From NCBI GenBank assembly GCA_041242255.1, contig JBESAV010000001.1:448001-512000 (forward strand): DNA of 64,000 nt, written 5' to 3'. How positions within the stretch are numbered: position 1 is the stretch's first letter; each line of letters begins with the position of its first letter. The notes beneath the pieces were generated by a model. That model ran no database searches. It was not told the origin of the DNA and worked only from the letters and a program-made list of their open reading frames with translations. The position numbers were made by a program, and so were the translations under genes. This stretch comes from Candidatus Altimarinota bacterium (GTDB lineage: Bacteria > Patescibacteriota > Gracilibacteria > UBA1369 > GCA-2718715). Shown here in pieces: positions 14,835 through 24,155 of this stretch.

Positions 14835-17247
14835 TAATCTTCCCAGGAACGTAGATCTCTTTCACCACATCTTTACCTTCTAGAGAACCTGCCACTACTT
14901 CACGTGATTTTTCCAAAGCTGACTCACGAGCTTCATCTACACCAAGCTCCACTTCACCACGAAGCTTCCCATTAACTTGAACTCCAAGAGTCACCACATC
15001 GTCCACCAACATTTCTGGATTAGCCTCAGGCCAAACTTTCCCCGCAGCAAACAAACTTTCCTCATGCTCTAAAACATCCATCCAGATCTCTTCAGCCATA
15101 TGAGGAGCAAGAGGGGAGATAAGGGTAACAATTTTTTCTTTAGCATCACGAGTTAACCCTTTCTTAGAGGCTAGATTGGTGAATTCCATCAAAGCACTCA
15201 GACAAGTGTTAAACTGCAGGTTTTCCATATCAGTAGTAATACTATCAATGACCTTATGAAGTTTTTTCTCCACTTCCTTATCCAGCTCAGAAACTTCCGG
15301 AGATAAAAGCATCTTCCAGAATTTATCTCTAAATCTCAAAACTCCAGTTATCCCAGTATCACTCCAGTCACCACCGTCAGCAAAAGGTCCCATAAACATC
15401 AAGTACATTTTCAAGATATCACTTCCATGTTTCTCTACATATTCATCGGGATTTACGACATTACCTTTAGACTTACTCATTTTCGCACCATCTTTGGTGA
15501 TTAGACCTTGATGGAAAAGCCTAAGTGTAGGTTCTTTATGATCCACATATCCAAGCTTTTGCATCACCATATTCACAAACCTCACATACAAAAGGTGCAT
15601 AGTCGCATGTTCCGAACCACCGATGTACATATCAATCGGTGCCCATTTCTTAGCCAAAGCTTTATCAATTGCTTGAGTATCATCATTTGCGTTAGGGTAT
15701 CTCAAGTAGTACCACGAAGAACACACAAAAGTATCCAAAGTATCAGTTTCACGTTTTGCATTACCACCGCAAGAAGGACACTTACAATTCACAAACTCTT
15801 CTGAGGTCGCCAAAGGAGCTTTCCATTTCGGCTGATAATCTACATCTCTAGGTAGTTCTACCGGAAGATCGCTTACTGGTACAGGAACAACCCCACAGTC
15901 ATCACAGTACACCACTGGAATTGGCGCTCCCCAATACCTCTGGCGAGAAACCGACCAATCCCTAAGTCTATAAGTTGTTTTAGCTGAACCTTTCCCAATA
16001 GCTTCAAGTTTTGCAGTAATACCTTCTTTCACTTTCTCAGAAATCTCCCCGTCAAATTCACCAGAGTTCTTAGCAATTCCATAACCAGTAAAGATTTCTT
16101 CCTCTCCTTTATCTCCATCTATGACTTCTATGATATCCAGTTTGTATTTCTTAGCAAATTCATAGTCTCGTTTATCATGAGCCGGAACAGCCATGATAGC
16201 TCCAGTTCCATAACTTCCAATCACATAATCCGCCACCCAAATCGGAACAGGCTTACCATTAATAGGGTTTTCAGCATATGAACCAGTAAATACACCAGTC
16301 TTTTCTTTACCTTCTGCCGATCTTTCAATTTCATTTTTCATCAAAGCAGCCTTGATGTACTTCTCACATTGCTCTCTGTAATCATCAGCCAAAAGCTCAT
16401 CAACCATTGGATGCTCTGGTGCCACAACCATATAAGTCGCACCATACAAGGTATCCGCTCTTGTTGAGAAAGCTACTAGGCTTTCTCCAGTTTTTTCCGT
16501 ATACCCACTATCTTCACTTAAAAGATCAAACACTATCTCAGTTCCTTCACTTTTCCCAATCCAATTCTCCTGCATTTTTCGGGTTTTTTCTGGCCAATCC
16601 GTTCCACTAAAGTCCAAAAGATCTTCTGCAAAATCAGTAATCTTAAAGTACCACTGTTTCATAAGTTTTTTCTCAACCACAGCTCCTGATCTCTCAGCAG
16701 TTCCATCCGCTAGAACCTGCTCGTTCGCTAAAACAGTTTGGTCAACTGGATCCCAATTCACCAAAGACTCAGCTTGGTAAGCCAAACCTTCTTCCAGCAT
16801 TTTCAAAAACAACCATTGCGTCCACTTATAGTACTCTGGAGAAGAAGTGATCACCTGCTTACTCCAGTCCCACATTCCACCCATTTCTGAGATTTGTTTT
16901 TTCATTGTAGCTACGTTTGTCGAGATACTATCCTCAGGATGTACCCCAGTTTTGATCGCATAATTCTCAGCTGGCAAACCAAAACTATCAAACCCCATAG
17001 GTTGAAAAACAGTCTTACCTGTTAGCCTCATATATCTTCCAAAAGTATCAACACCTCCGTAATTCAACCAGTGTCCCATATGCAAATTCGACCCAGAAGG
17101 GTAGGGAAACATGGTTAGATTATAAAACTTATCCTCCTCAGGAGTACCCTCAATATCTACTTCATGTAGTTTATCTTCCGCCCATTTCTTTCTCCACTTC
17201 TTTTCAACCTCTACTGCATTGTATTCTCTAACTTTATTTTTAGACAT
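14815..17247 (-). CDS. leuS: leucine--tRNA ligase
   Basis: MFPYPSGSNLHMGH, RLRDWSVSRQRYWG, KMSKS and GVQVNGKLRG motifs. Confidence 0.98.
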   Translation of the reverse strand: MSKNKVREYNAVEVEKKWRKKWAEDKLHEVDIEGTPEEDKFYNLTMFPYPSGSNLHMGHWLNYGGVDTFGRYMRLTGKTVFQPMGFDSFGLPAENYAIKTGVHPEDSISTNVATMKKQISEMGGMWDWSKQVITSSPEYYKWTQWLFLKMLEEGLAYQAESLVNWDPVDQTVLANEQVLADGTAERSGAVVEKKLMKQWYFKITDFAEDLLDFSGTDWPEKTRKMQENWIGKSEGTEIVFDLLSEDSGYTEKTGESLVAFSTRADTLYGATYMVVAPEHPMVDELLADDYREQCEKYIKAALMKNEIERSAEGKEKTGVFTGSYAENPINGKPVPIWVADYVIGSYGTGAIMAVPAHDKRDYEFAKKYKLDIIEVIDGDKGEEEIFTGYGIAKNSGEFDGEISEKVKEGITAKLEAIGKGSAKTTYRLRDWSVSRQRYWGAPIPVVYCDDCGVVPVPVSDLPVELPRDVDYQPKWKAPLATSEEFVNCKCPSCGGNAKRETDTLDTFVCSSWYYLRYPNANDDTQAIDKALAKKWAPIDMYIGGSEHATMHLLYVRFVNMVMQKLGYVDHKEPTLRLFHQGLITKDGAKMSKSKGNVVNPDEYVEKHGSDILKMYLMFMGPFADGGDWSDTGITGVLRFRDKFWKMLLSPEVSELDKEVEKKLHKVIDSITTDMENLQFNTCLSALMEFTNLASKKGLTRDAKEKIVTLISPLAPHMAEEIWMDVLEHEESLFAAGKVWPEANPEMLVDDVVTLGVQVNGKLRGEVELGVDEARESALEKSREVVAGSLEGKDVVKEIYVPGKIINFVVK

Positions 17248-17300
17248 ATTTGAAAATTAATTTGCTCCAAATATATCAGCAATAAGCCACTTCCACAACT

Positions 17301-17966
17301 CTATCCAGCAATCTTAAAACTAATCAACTCAGCCTTTTTCCTAAGCTCAAAAAGCATGTAAATTCTTTTAGCTTTTACCACATACCCTTTCTCAATCATC
17401 AAATCTAAAAACCATCTTTGCCTAGGAGATAATTCAAGCCCATAACTTCTAAAACCACTTAATCCCTCCACCTCAGCCTCAACTATTTCATCCAATCTCA
17501 TTTTGATCCTCTCCAGATTTCTTTTTTGCCTATCTACTTCAAATTCCAGATCTGATTGCCCATATCTATTCAAGTATTGAAGTTTACCTGAGTAGTAAGG
17601 CCAAGTTTGAATCTTATTTAAAACACCGTATATTCGACAAACCTCTTCAGTAAGTTCCAGATTATCATCTTTAATCCATTTATCCTCCAGGTCATCTCTA
17701 AGGATATGAGACAAACAAACATTCACATACATATCCACACTAGAAACAATTTCCTCAATTTCTTTTGCTTCATTTTCATCATAGAACTCAATTTCTTTTT
17801 CACTAATAGCATCTTCATAATCCATAATTAGGGGACCATCATCCAAAACCTCAGGTGAACTTTTACAAGAACCTATAAAAACACTCAAAACCAAAAATAC
17901 TTTCAAAGCATTCGAAAATTCAAACTCATCCAGATATCTAAACCCATTAAGTTTATCCATATACAA
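17301..17966 (-). CDS. hypothetical protein, possibly membrane-anchored or a lipoprotein
   Basis: 221-aa ORF with a hydrophobic segment ending IGSC. Confidence 0.55.
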   Translation of the reverse strand: MYMDKLNGFRYLDEFEFSNALKVFLVLSVFIGSCKSSPEVLDDGPLIMDYEDAISEKEIEFYDENEAKEIEEIVSSVDMYVNVCLSHILRDDLEDKWIKDDNLELTEEVCRIYGVLNKIQTWPYYSGKLQYLNRYGQSDLEFEVDRQKRNLERIKMRLDEIVEAEVEGLSGFRSYGLELSPRQRWFLDLMIEKGYVVKAKRIYMLFELRKKAELISFKIAG

Positions 17967-18013
17967 AAATAAAGGCTTTCATTATAAAACTAATTCACTA
18001 TAAAGCAAACTAC

Positions 18014-18715
18014 TTACAACTCAAACCCCTTAGGCCCAACTATTACCACAAATTCACCCTTTAGAGACTTTCTTCCACCAAACTCTTCAGCAGCCTCCTT
18101 TAGATTTCCTCTCCAAAACTCCTCATACATTTTAGTAATCTCTCTTCCCACACATATCATCCGAGAATCATCTACAAAATCATTCATCTGCTTCAAGGTC
18201 TTCGTAATCCTATGAACAGATTCATAAAAAACTACAGACTTATCCGAAAGCTCATCCTCAATTTGTTTAAAAATAGTCTGACGTCCTTTCTTTGCTGGCA
18301 AAAATCCTAAGTAAGTAAACTTATCAGCGGGAAATCCAGATGCACTCAAGGCTCCAATCACAGCCGACGCCCCGGGAATAGGGGATACAGTAAGCCCAGC
18401 TGATACAGCACCATTCACTAGCAAGTAACCCGGATCAGATATACAAGGCGTACCAGCGTCCGAAACAAGAGCTACACTTTTACCATCTTTCAACTCTTCC
18501 AATAAGCTATCAACTTTCCCCGAACCACTTCTACTGTGAAAACTAACCAGTCTCCCATTATTTGGGATCTCAAGTCTTTCCAAAAGTTTCCCTGTTACTC
18601 TCGTATCTTCACAAGCAATTACATCAACCTCCTCCAAAGTCCTCATAGCTCTTACAGTAATATCCTCCATATTTCCAATTGGAGTCGCAACCACAAACAA
18701 AGTTCCAGTTTCCAT
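18014..18715 (-). CDS. rsmI: 16S rRNA (C1402-2'-O)-methyltransferase
   Basis: VVATPIGNMEDIT, ACEDTR, VSDAGTPCISDPG and REITKMYEE motifs. Confidence 0.95.
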   Translation of the reverse strand: METGTLFVVATPIGNMEDITVRAMRTLEEVDVIACEDTRVTGKLLERLEIPNNGRLVSFHSRSGSGKVDSLLEELKDGKSVALVSDAGTPCISDPGYLLVNGAVSAGLTVSPIPGASAVIGALSASGFPADKFTYLGFLPAKKGRQTIFKQIEDELSDKSVVFYESVHRITKTLKQMNDFVDDSRMICVGREITKMYEEFWRGNLKEAAEEFGGRKSLKGEFVVIVGPKGFEL

Positions 18716-18885
18716 TATCTAAGATTTTTTAAAAAACCTGGTGCCAAAAAGTGCACTAACAAAACCATTATAGCCGGTACCCACCAAGGATACATTGGCA
18801 CAAATAGGAATAAAATTGTTAGAAGTAAAAGATTTACCTTAACAAAGAATACTATCCACGCCTCAAATGATCTAGATTCTAACAT
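18715..18885 (-). CDS. small membrane protein (56 aa)
   Basis: Below the track cutoff: MLESRSFEAWIVFFVKVNLLLLTILFLFVPMYPWWVPAIMVLLVHFLAPGFLKNLR. Its stop overlaps the rsmI start (TAATG). Confidence 0.6.
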   Translation of the reverse strand: MLESRSFEAWIVFFVKVNLLLLTILFLFVPMYPWWVPAIMVLLVHFLAPGFLKNLR

Positions 18886-18941
18886 TTTAAATCAATTTAT
18901 ATTGTTTCAAACCTACCACAAATTCAAAAATCATCAACCCC

Positions 18942-19499
18942 TCAAGCCTTAGGCTTAGTTATATTCGGCTCTTTTACATAGTTTGGTTCCAATCCCTCCA
19001 CGTCTTTGACCAAAGCACCCATTTCCATAATTTCTCTAAATCTTTCTTCAAAAACTTCTTGAACCTTCATCTCAGAAACCAAAAATCCATCTACCTCATC
19101 TTTTTCAACTAACTCAAAACTAGCATCCTTCATATCAACCTTATACATTTTTCCACTACCAGCATTTAAGTAAACTAATTCATACTTATCTGCTATAGCT
19201 CCTTTCAAATATTCAAAAGTATTCATAGTCACTAAGTCTATCTTTAATCCAACCGCTAAAGCTCGTCCAACAATAAATCCAATTCTCACTGTCGTAAAAG
19301 AACCAGGCCCAATCACAACTACAACCTCCTTCAGGTCATCTTTTACCAGACCATTATCTTTCAACATTTTGTCTATATTTGGTAATAGCTTCTTTGATTC
19401 CTGACGGTCTACCTTCCAAGACCTAGTATCTACTAGGCCTTCAGAGCTAATCACTGCTATCAAAACTTCATGTAGGCACGTATTTATAAAAAGTTTCAT
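18942..19499 (-). CDS. tsaB: t6A biosynthesis protein TsaB
   Basis: LFINT, GPGSFTTVRIG and C-terminal LEPNYVKEPNIT motifs. Confidence 0.88.
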   Translation of the reverse strand: MKLFINTCLHEVLIAVISSEGLVDTRSWKVDRQESKKLLPNIDKMLKDNGLVKDDLKEVVVVIGPGSFTTVRIGFIVGRALAVGLKIDLVTMNTFEYLKGAIADKYELVYLNAGSGKMYKVDMKDASFELVEKDEVDGFLVSEMKVQEVFEERFREIMEMGALVKDVEGLEPNYVKEPNITKPKA

Positions 19500-19508
19500 C
19501 TAAATTTC

Positions 19509-22118
19509 TTAATATTTTTCTACTATCTCAATTCCTTTCAAGTAGTAATTTATGATTTCCTCATAAGTATAACCAATCTCTGCCATTCCACTAGCCCCAC
19601 ATCCGGATATACCTACACCATGACCCCATAGTTTACCTTCACCACCTTTACAGAAACTATCATCAACACTAGTCAAATAAGGAGCTTTAAACCTAGACCA
19701 ACCCCAAACTTCTCTTGGAGTTCTAGTTCTACCATCACTTTCACTAAAGTAGGGGATAACTACATCATAATCAAACCAAGTAATAGTCTCTCCTTTGGTA
19801 GCAAGTACCGCTTTTTTGTTTAGGGAACTTCTCATCTCAAAACCATATCCAAGGTATTTTTGACTACTCTCAGGTGAGTCATTTAGATGATACGGTTTTC
19901 CTTTATACTTCAAACCTCGACCGTGTCCATTTGAGTAATAATAAGCATAACTCCTCGCAGCTACTACAATAGTCTTTGCCTTTTCAATATGTTCACTATC
20001 AGGAACCTCAGCTAATCCTAGCAGGTAAGACTCTATCCCAAGTTCATTTATCAATCTCATCTTCCCATCAACAATCCTAAACTCACTTACCCCTCTAAAC
20101 TTATTATCATTTAGTTTTGTATTCCAAGCCGGTCTATTAGCATAGTTTACTATTTTCAAAACCTTTTCATCCACCTCGCCTTCAGGAATTATCCTAATCA
20201 CACTTCCTTGCCACTCTTCATCATCTTTTTTAACCTTCAATGCCTCACCCTCCTGCCAAATAGTAATCTGTTCATCAACTCCAATCTCAACAGACTCACC
20301 ATCAACTACAATACTAAATTCATCACTACCTTCTACGTAAGTTTTTTCTAGATCAAATTTACTAATTAGCACTCTCACTCTCGGGTCATTGACTTCAACT
20401 GCACTATTACTAGTCACACTATACGAACTTGAACTATTAACTTGAAAAACATTATTTGTTGTACTCGTATTGCTTGTAGAGACATTGGTACTCGAAGTTG
20501 TGCTCGATGAACTACTCGAAGTATTTCGGTTTCTATAAAAAGCAGCAAAAGGATTAGCTATAGTTGGAGCATCATCTTGTGAACCTTCAGGAACTGAATC
20601 ATTTTCATTCACTTCATATTCGATATCTGGCTTAACATAAGCTCCAAGTTTTAAATCAGAGTTTGAAACTTTCCTTCCATTCACATATAGCTCAGCATCT
20701 ATCTCATATAAGCCCGCCGCAGCTTTACCATAAAACTGTCCATCAAAAGTTCCTATCTGCCCACTACGTGTATTATCCTTAAGCATAAATTTTGTCTGCT
20801 CAGAACCAAGTACGTCATTATTAGAATGACTCACCAAGAGATAGGTGTTACTACTATTCCAAGATTTTCCACTCAGATTTCTAACTGAAGGATCAAGATT
20901 TCCAGTAGTCAGATAACCACTATTTACATCACCAGTCAGACTAGTAATCGATTCAACCTCATAATCCAAGTTATCATCAGCTTTACTAACCAAGTTTCTC
21001 AAAATCGGTAAAAAGGATCTCCCGTATATTCCAGGACAAGAAGTAGCACTGTAGTCACCATGCCCACCAAGTACAGGGTAGCTTCTTCCTTCATAAGTAT
21101 CGTAGCTATTCACATCAAGATTGTAATCATCAGCTAACGATCTAAGTAGTTTAGCCAAAGACTCCAAAGTAGCTTCAGGCACATCCTCATTCTGATAATT
21201 TCCTAAAAGCGAAATCCCAACAGAGACTTTATTAACCTCTCTAGAGTGCCCACCAATCACATCTCTACCACCAGCTCTTCCTTCATAAATATTTCCTTGT
21301 CTATCGATTATATAGTTATACCCAATATCACCCCATCCTCTACTAACAGCATGGTAATATTGAATATTCCTAATAGCCTGCCTCGGATCATCTAAGTTTG
21401 CTGTCGTAGCTGTGTGATGAACCGCTAGAAATTTCACGTCATTTGTATACTGCAAAGGCCATTTCAAAAGATTCCCATCCATTTCAGTTTCAATCCTTGA
21501 AACATTCTCATTTTCCAAGTACTCAGCTACTGCCTCCCAGTCTTCATCTGTATATTCATCAGTATAATTCAAACTATCATCAGCCCCCCAAGAATTTCTA
21601 GATATGATTAAGAAATTATCATTTATATCTTCAAGACTGGCCACTTGGGAAGTACTAGCCACTACATTTTCAAAATTCTCATTAACATTAATTACTTCCC
21701 AGTTAACCAAATCCACCATCGGTAAAACTGAATCAGCTCCACTTCTCATATTAAATCGAAACTGAAAACCATATGAATCATTTGAGTTAACCAAATTCTC
21801 AAAGTTTTCGTAAACATCATGACTGTGAGATCTTACATCTGTATTTTCAGTTAATAAAACCCACTCAGACCAGCCACCATTTTCATCCAGTAATCTGACA
21901 TACCCATTAATCAAATCATCAGCCGACATTTTCACATCAAACTCATATATCAGACCAGTAAATTTCTCAGTTTTATACTCTTGTGATAAAAAAGTCTGAC
22001 TACTAAGTCTAGTTTTATTACCAACCTTAAAATCTCCACTTTTCCCAGAAGAATAACCAGGTAAAACCAAAATTGTTAATATCAATCCCGTTAATAGCCT
22101 CACAAAATTACTCCTCAT
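19509..22118 (-). CDS. secreted peptidoglycan hydrolase: amidase_2 (PGRP-like) fused to a SpoIID/LytB domain
   Basis: Signal peptide; IISRNSWGA, VHHTA, GWGDIGYNY and GH...TSCPG motifs; Ser/Thr linker; INELGIESYLLGLAEVP, AARSYA and GHGVGIS motifs. Confidence 0.88.
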   Translation of the reverse strand: MRSNFVRLLTGLILTILVLPGYSSGKSGDFKVGNKTRLSSQTFLSQEYKTEKFTGLIYEFDVKMSADDLINGYVRLLDENGGWSEWVLLTENTDVRSHSHDVYENFENLVNSNDSYGFQFRFNMRSGADSVLPMVDLVNWEVINVNENFENVVASTSQVASLEDINDNFLIISRNSWGADDSLNYTDEYTDEDWEAVAEYLENENVSRIETEMDGNLLKWPLQYTNDVKFLAVHHTATTANLDDPRQAIRNIQYYHAVSRGWGDIGYNYIIDRQGNIYEGRAGGRDVIGGHSREVNKVSVGISLLGNYQNEDVPEATLESLAKLLRSLADDYNLDVNSYDTYEGRSYPVLGGHGDYSATSCPGIYGRSFLPILRNLVSKADDNLDYEVESITSLTGDVNSGYLTTGNLDPSVRNLSGKSWNSSNTYLLVSHSNNDVLGSEQTKFMLKDNTRSGQIGTFDGQFYGKAAAGLYEIDAELYVNGRKVSNSDLKLGAYVKPDIEYEVNENDSVPEGSQDDAPTIANPFAAFYRNRNTSSSSSSTTSSTNVSTSNTSTTNNVFQVNSSSSYSVTSNSAVEVNDPRVRVLISKFDLEKTYVEGSDEFSIVVDGESVEIGVDEQITIWQEGEALKVKKDDEEWQGSVIRIIPEGEVDEKVLKIVNYANRPAWNTKLNDNKFRGVSEFRIVDGKMRLINELGIESYLLGLAEVPDSEHIEKAKTIVVAARSYAYYYSNGHGRGLKYKGKPYHLNDSPESSQKYLGYGFEMRSSLNKKAVLATKGETITWFDYDVVIPYFSESDGRTRTPREVWGWSRFKAPYLTSVDDSFCKGGEGKLWGHGVGISGCGASGMAEIGYTYEEIINYYLKGIEIVEKY

Positions 22119-22212
22119 ATCAAAAAATTATGTATATCAATTATACTCCCAACCAGTTTCCATACAAATTGTAATTCGGTATAATGATTACATAAGATTT
22201 AAACAAACAACC

Positions 22213-22527
22213 ATGCAAGTTGTAACTAAAGACGAATTAAACAATTTACTTGAATCATCAGATACTCCAGTATTTGTTGACTACTACGCAGATTGGTGTG
22301 GTCCTTGCAAAATGCTTGCCCCAATCATCGAAAAACTAGCTCCTGAATTCGAAGGGAAAGTAAAAATCGTAAAAGTAGATATCGACGACCAAGAAGAATT
22401 AGCCGGAGAACAAAACGTTCGATCAATCCCAACACTTATCGCATACAAAGACGGAAAAGAACACGAAAGAATTGTTGGGTTTCAGTCAGAAGATGCCCTC
22501 AGAAAAACACTTGAAGGTCTAAGCTAA
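22213..22527 (+). CDS. trxA: thioredoxin
   Basis: WCGPC active site; 104 aa. Confidence 0.96.
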   Translation: MQVVTKDELNNLLESSDTPVFVDYYADWCGPCKMLAPIIEKLAPEFEGKVKIVKVDIDDQEELAGEQNVRSIPTLIAYKDGKEHERIVGFQSEDALRKTLEGLS

Positions 22528-22538
22528 TTCCAAATTCC

Positions 22539-22571
22539 AAAAAAGCCTTATCAAAACGTAAGGCTTTTTTT
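22539..22571 (+). terminator. intrinsic terminator after trxA
   Basis: AAAAAAGCCTTAT-CAAAAC-GTAAGGCTTTTTT. Confidence 0.75.
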
Positions 22572-22584
22572 ATTATAGTCAAAA

Positions 22585-23298
22585 ATGAACTCACAAATCC
22601 AACTTCCACAAGACTGGCTCAATCTCCTAAAAGACGAATTCCAAAAACCATATTTCCAAAAAATAAAACTTTTCCTAGAGCAAGAAATCCGAGATAACCA
22701 AACTTTCTACCCAAAACCATCTGAGATATTTAATGCCTTCAAGCAAACTGCCCTCCAAGATTTAAAAGTTATAATTCTTGGACAAGACCCGTACCATTCA
22801 GTCGAATTCCTAGACCAACAAAAATTACCACACGCTCACGGTTTAAGCTTCTCTATACCTATCGATGCCAAGAAAGTACCTCCAAGTCTCAAAAACATCT
22901 ACAAAGAATTAAAAGAAGATCTCGGTAAAGAAAACTTCATCATCCCAACTCACGGAAACCTCACCAAGTGGGCCAACCAAGGAGTTCTCCTCCTCAACTC
23001 GACCTTAACCGTCCGCGCCCACCAAGCAAATTCACATTCTAAAATTGGCTGGCAGGAATTCACAGATACAGTCATCAAAAAAATATCTTCAGAAACAGAA
23101 AACAAAGTTTTCATTCTTTGGGGAAACTATGCCCGTTCCAAAAAAGAACTAATTGATACCACGAGACATCTGGTCTTAGAGTCACCGCATCCATCTCCAT
23201 TTTCTGCTCGAAAAGGCTTCTTTGGGAGCAAACCTTTCTCCAAAGCCAACCAATACCTTCAAAATCACAATCAAAAACCTATTGATTGGCAACCTTAG
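22585..23298 (+). CDS. ung: uracil-DNA glycosylase (family 1)
   Basis: GQDPYH, PPSLKNI, GVLLLN and HPSPFS motifs. Confidence 0.96.
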   Translation: MNSQIQLPQDWLNLLKDEFQKPYFQKIKLFLEQEIRDNQTFYPKPSEIFNAFKQTALQDLKVIILGQDPYHSVEFLDQQKLPHAHGLSFSIPIDAKKVPPSLKNIYKELKEDLGKENFIIPTHGNLTKWANQGVLLLNSTLTVRAHQANSHSKIGWQEFTDTVIKKISSETENKVFILWGNYARSKKELIDTTRHLVLESPHPSPFSARKGFFGSKPFSKANQYLQNHNQKPIDWQP

Positions 23299-23755
23299 TC
23301 GCTTCCATTCTGGCAAGATCATCTACCCTTTCATTCTCTGGGTGACCATTATGAGCTTTTACCCATTTCCAGTGAAATTTATTATTTCTTCGTAAGCATT
23401 TCATATAGTGAGCATCAATCGGTCCCCATAGATCAGTATTAGCCTTCTTCTTCCAACCTTTTGTAAAAGTAGACACCACTAAGTTAGAATCAGAATAAAC
23501 ATAAACCACGGAGTCACTAATATTATGATGGTTAAAAAGCTCAAGCATCTTAAGTATAGCTGTCATCTCCATCCTGTTATTTGTTGTCTTTGGCTGACCT
23601 CCAGACCATTCAATTTCATTGATAAGCTCATGACTATCAAAATCTTTTTTCTTCAGAAGTAAACCCCAACCTCCCGGCCCAGGATTTCCTAAACAACTAC
23701 CATCACTATAAACTTCTATTATAAATTTCATGCAAATAATTATTTTCAACATCAT
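23279..23755 (-). CDS. rnhA: ribonuclease HI
   Basis: YSDGSCLGNPGPGGWG, TTNNRMEM and WVKAHNGHPENERVD motifs; the likely start is ATG at 23731. Confidence 0.94.
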   Translation of the reverse strand: MMLKIIICMKFIIEVYSDGSCLGNPGPGGWGLLLKKKDFDSHELINEIEWSGGQPKTTNNRMEMTAILKMLELFNHHNISDSVVYVYSDSNLVVSTFTKGWKKKANTDLWGPIDAHYMKCLRRNNKFHWKWVKAHNGHPENERVDDLARMEATKVANQ

Positions 23756-23870
23756 ATATCCTCACAACATAATTTCAAACTACTTGACAAATTAGAATAA
23801 ATTGTCAAAAATAAAGCTAGTAGAAATAAGCCTCATTCCGAGCGCTTATAACTCAAACAGGAGGAAGACA

Positions 23871-24041
23871 ATGTTCTTTGGATTCTCTTTGACTCCCAAA
23901 AACATCCTTATTCTGATGGTCGTTTCCATCCTCAGTGAGATAGACCTGATGGTAATGAGGCTCGAAGAAATACCATTTATTGGTTCGATAGTCGCCTTCA
24001 CACATTGGGCCATCAGGGGAGACCACCGCGTCGGCTTCTGA
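23871..24041 (+). CDS. small hydrophobic protein (56 aa)
   Basis: ATG at 23871 with SD AGGAGG; MFFGFSLTPKNILILMVVSILSEIDL...; followed by a terminator. Confidence 0.5.
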   Translation: MFFGFSLTPKNILILMVVSILSEIDLMVMRLEEIPFIGSIVAFTHWAIRGDHRVGF

Positions 24042-24057
24042 AGGCCCACCTCCACCC

Positions 24058-24093
24058 GACCCACATAGTCAAAAGCTGTGTGGGTCTTTCTTT
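24058..24093 (+). terminator. intrinsic terminator
   Basis: GACCCACATAGT-CAAAA-GCTGTGTGGGTC followed by TTTCTTT. Confidence 0.75.
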
Positions 24094-24155
24094 ATACTCC
24101 ATTGACACCAAACCACAAAACCCTACAATTCACCCAACAAATAAACCAAAGCCAA

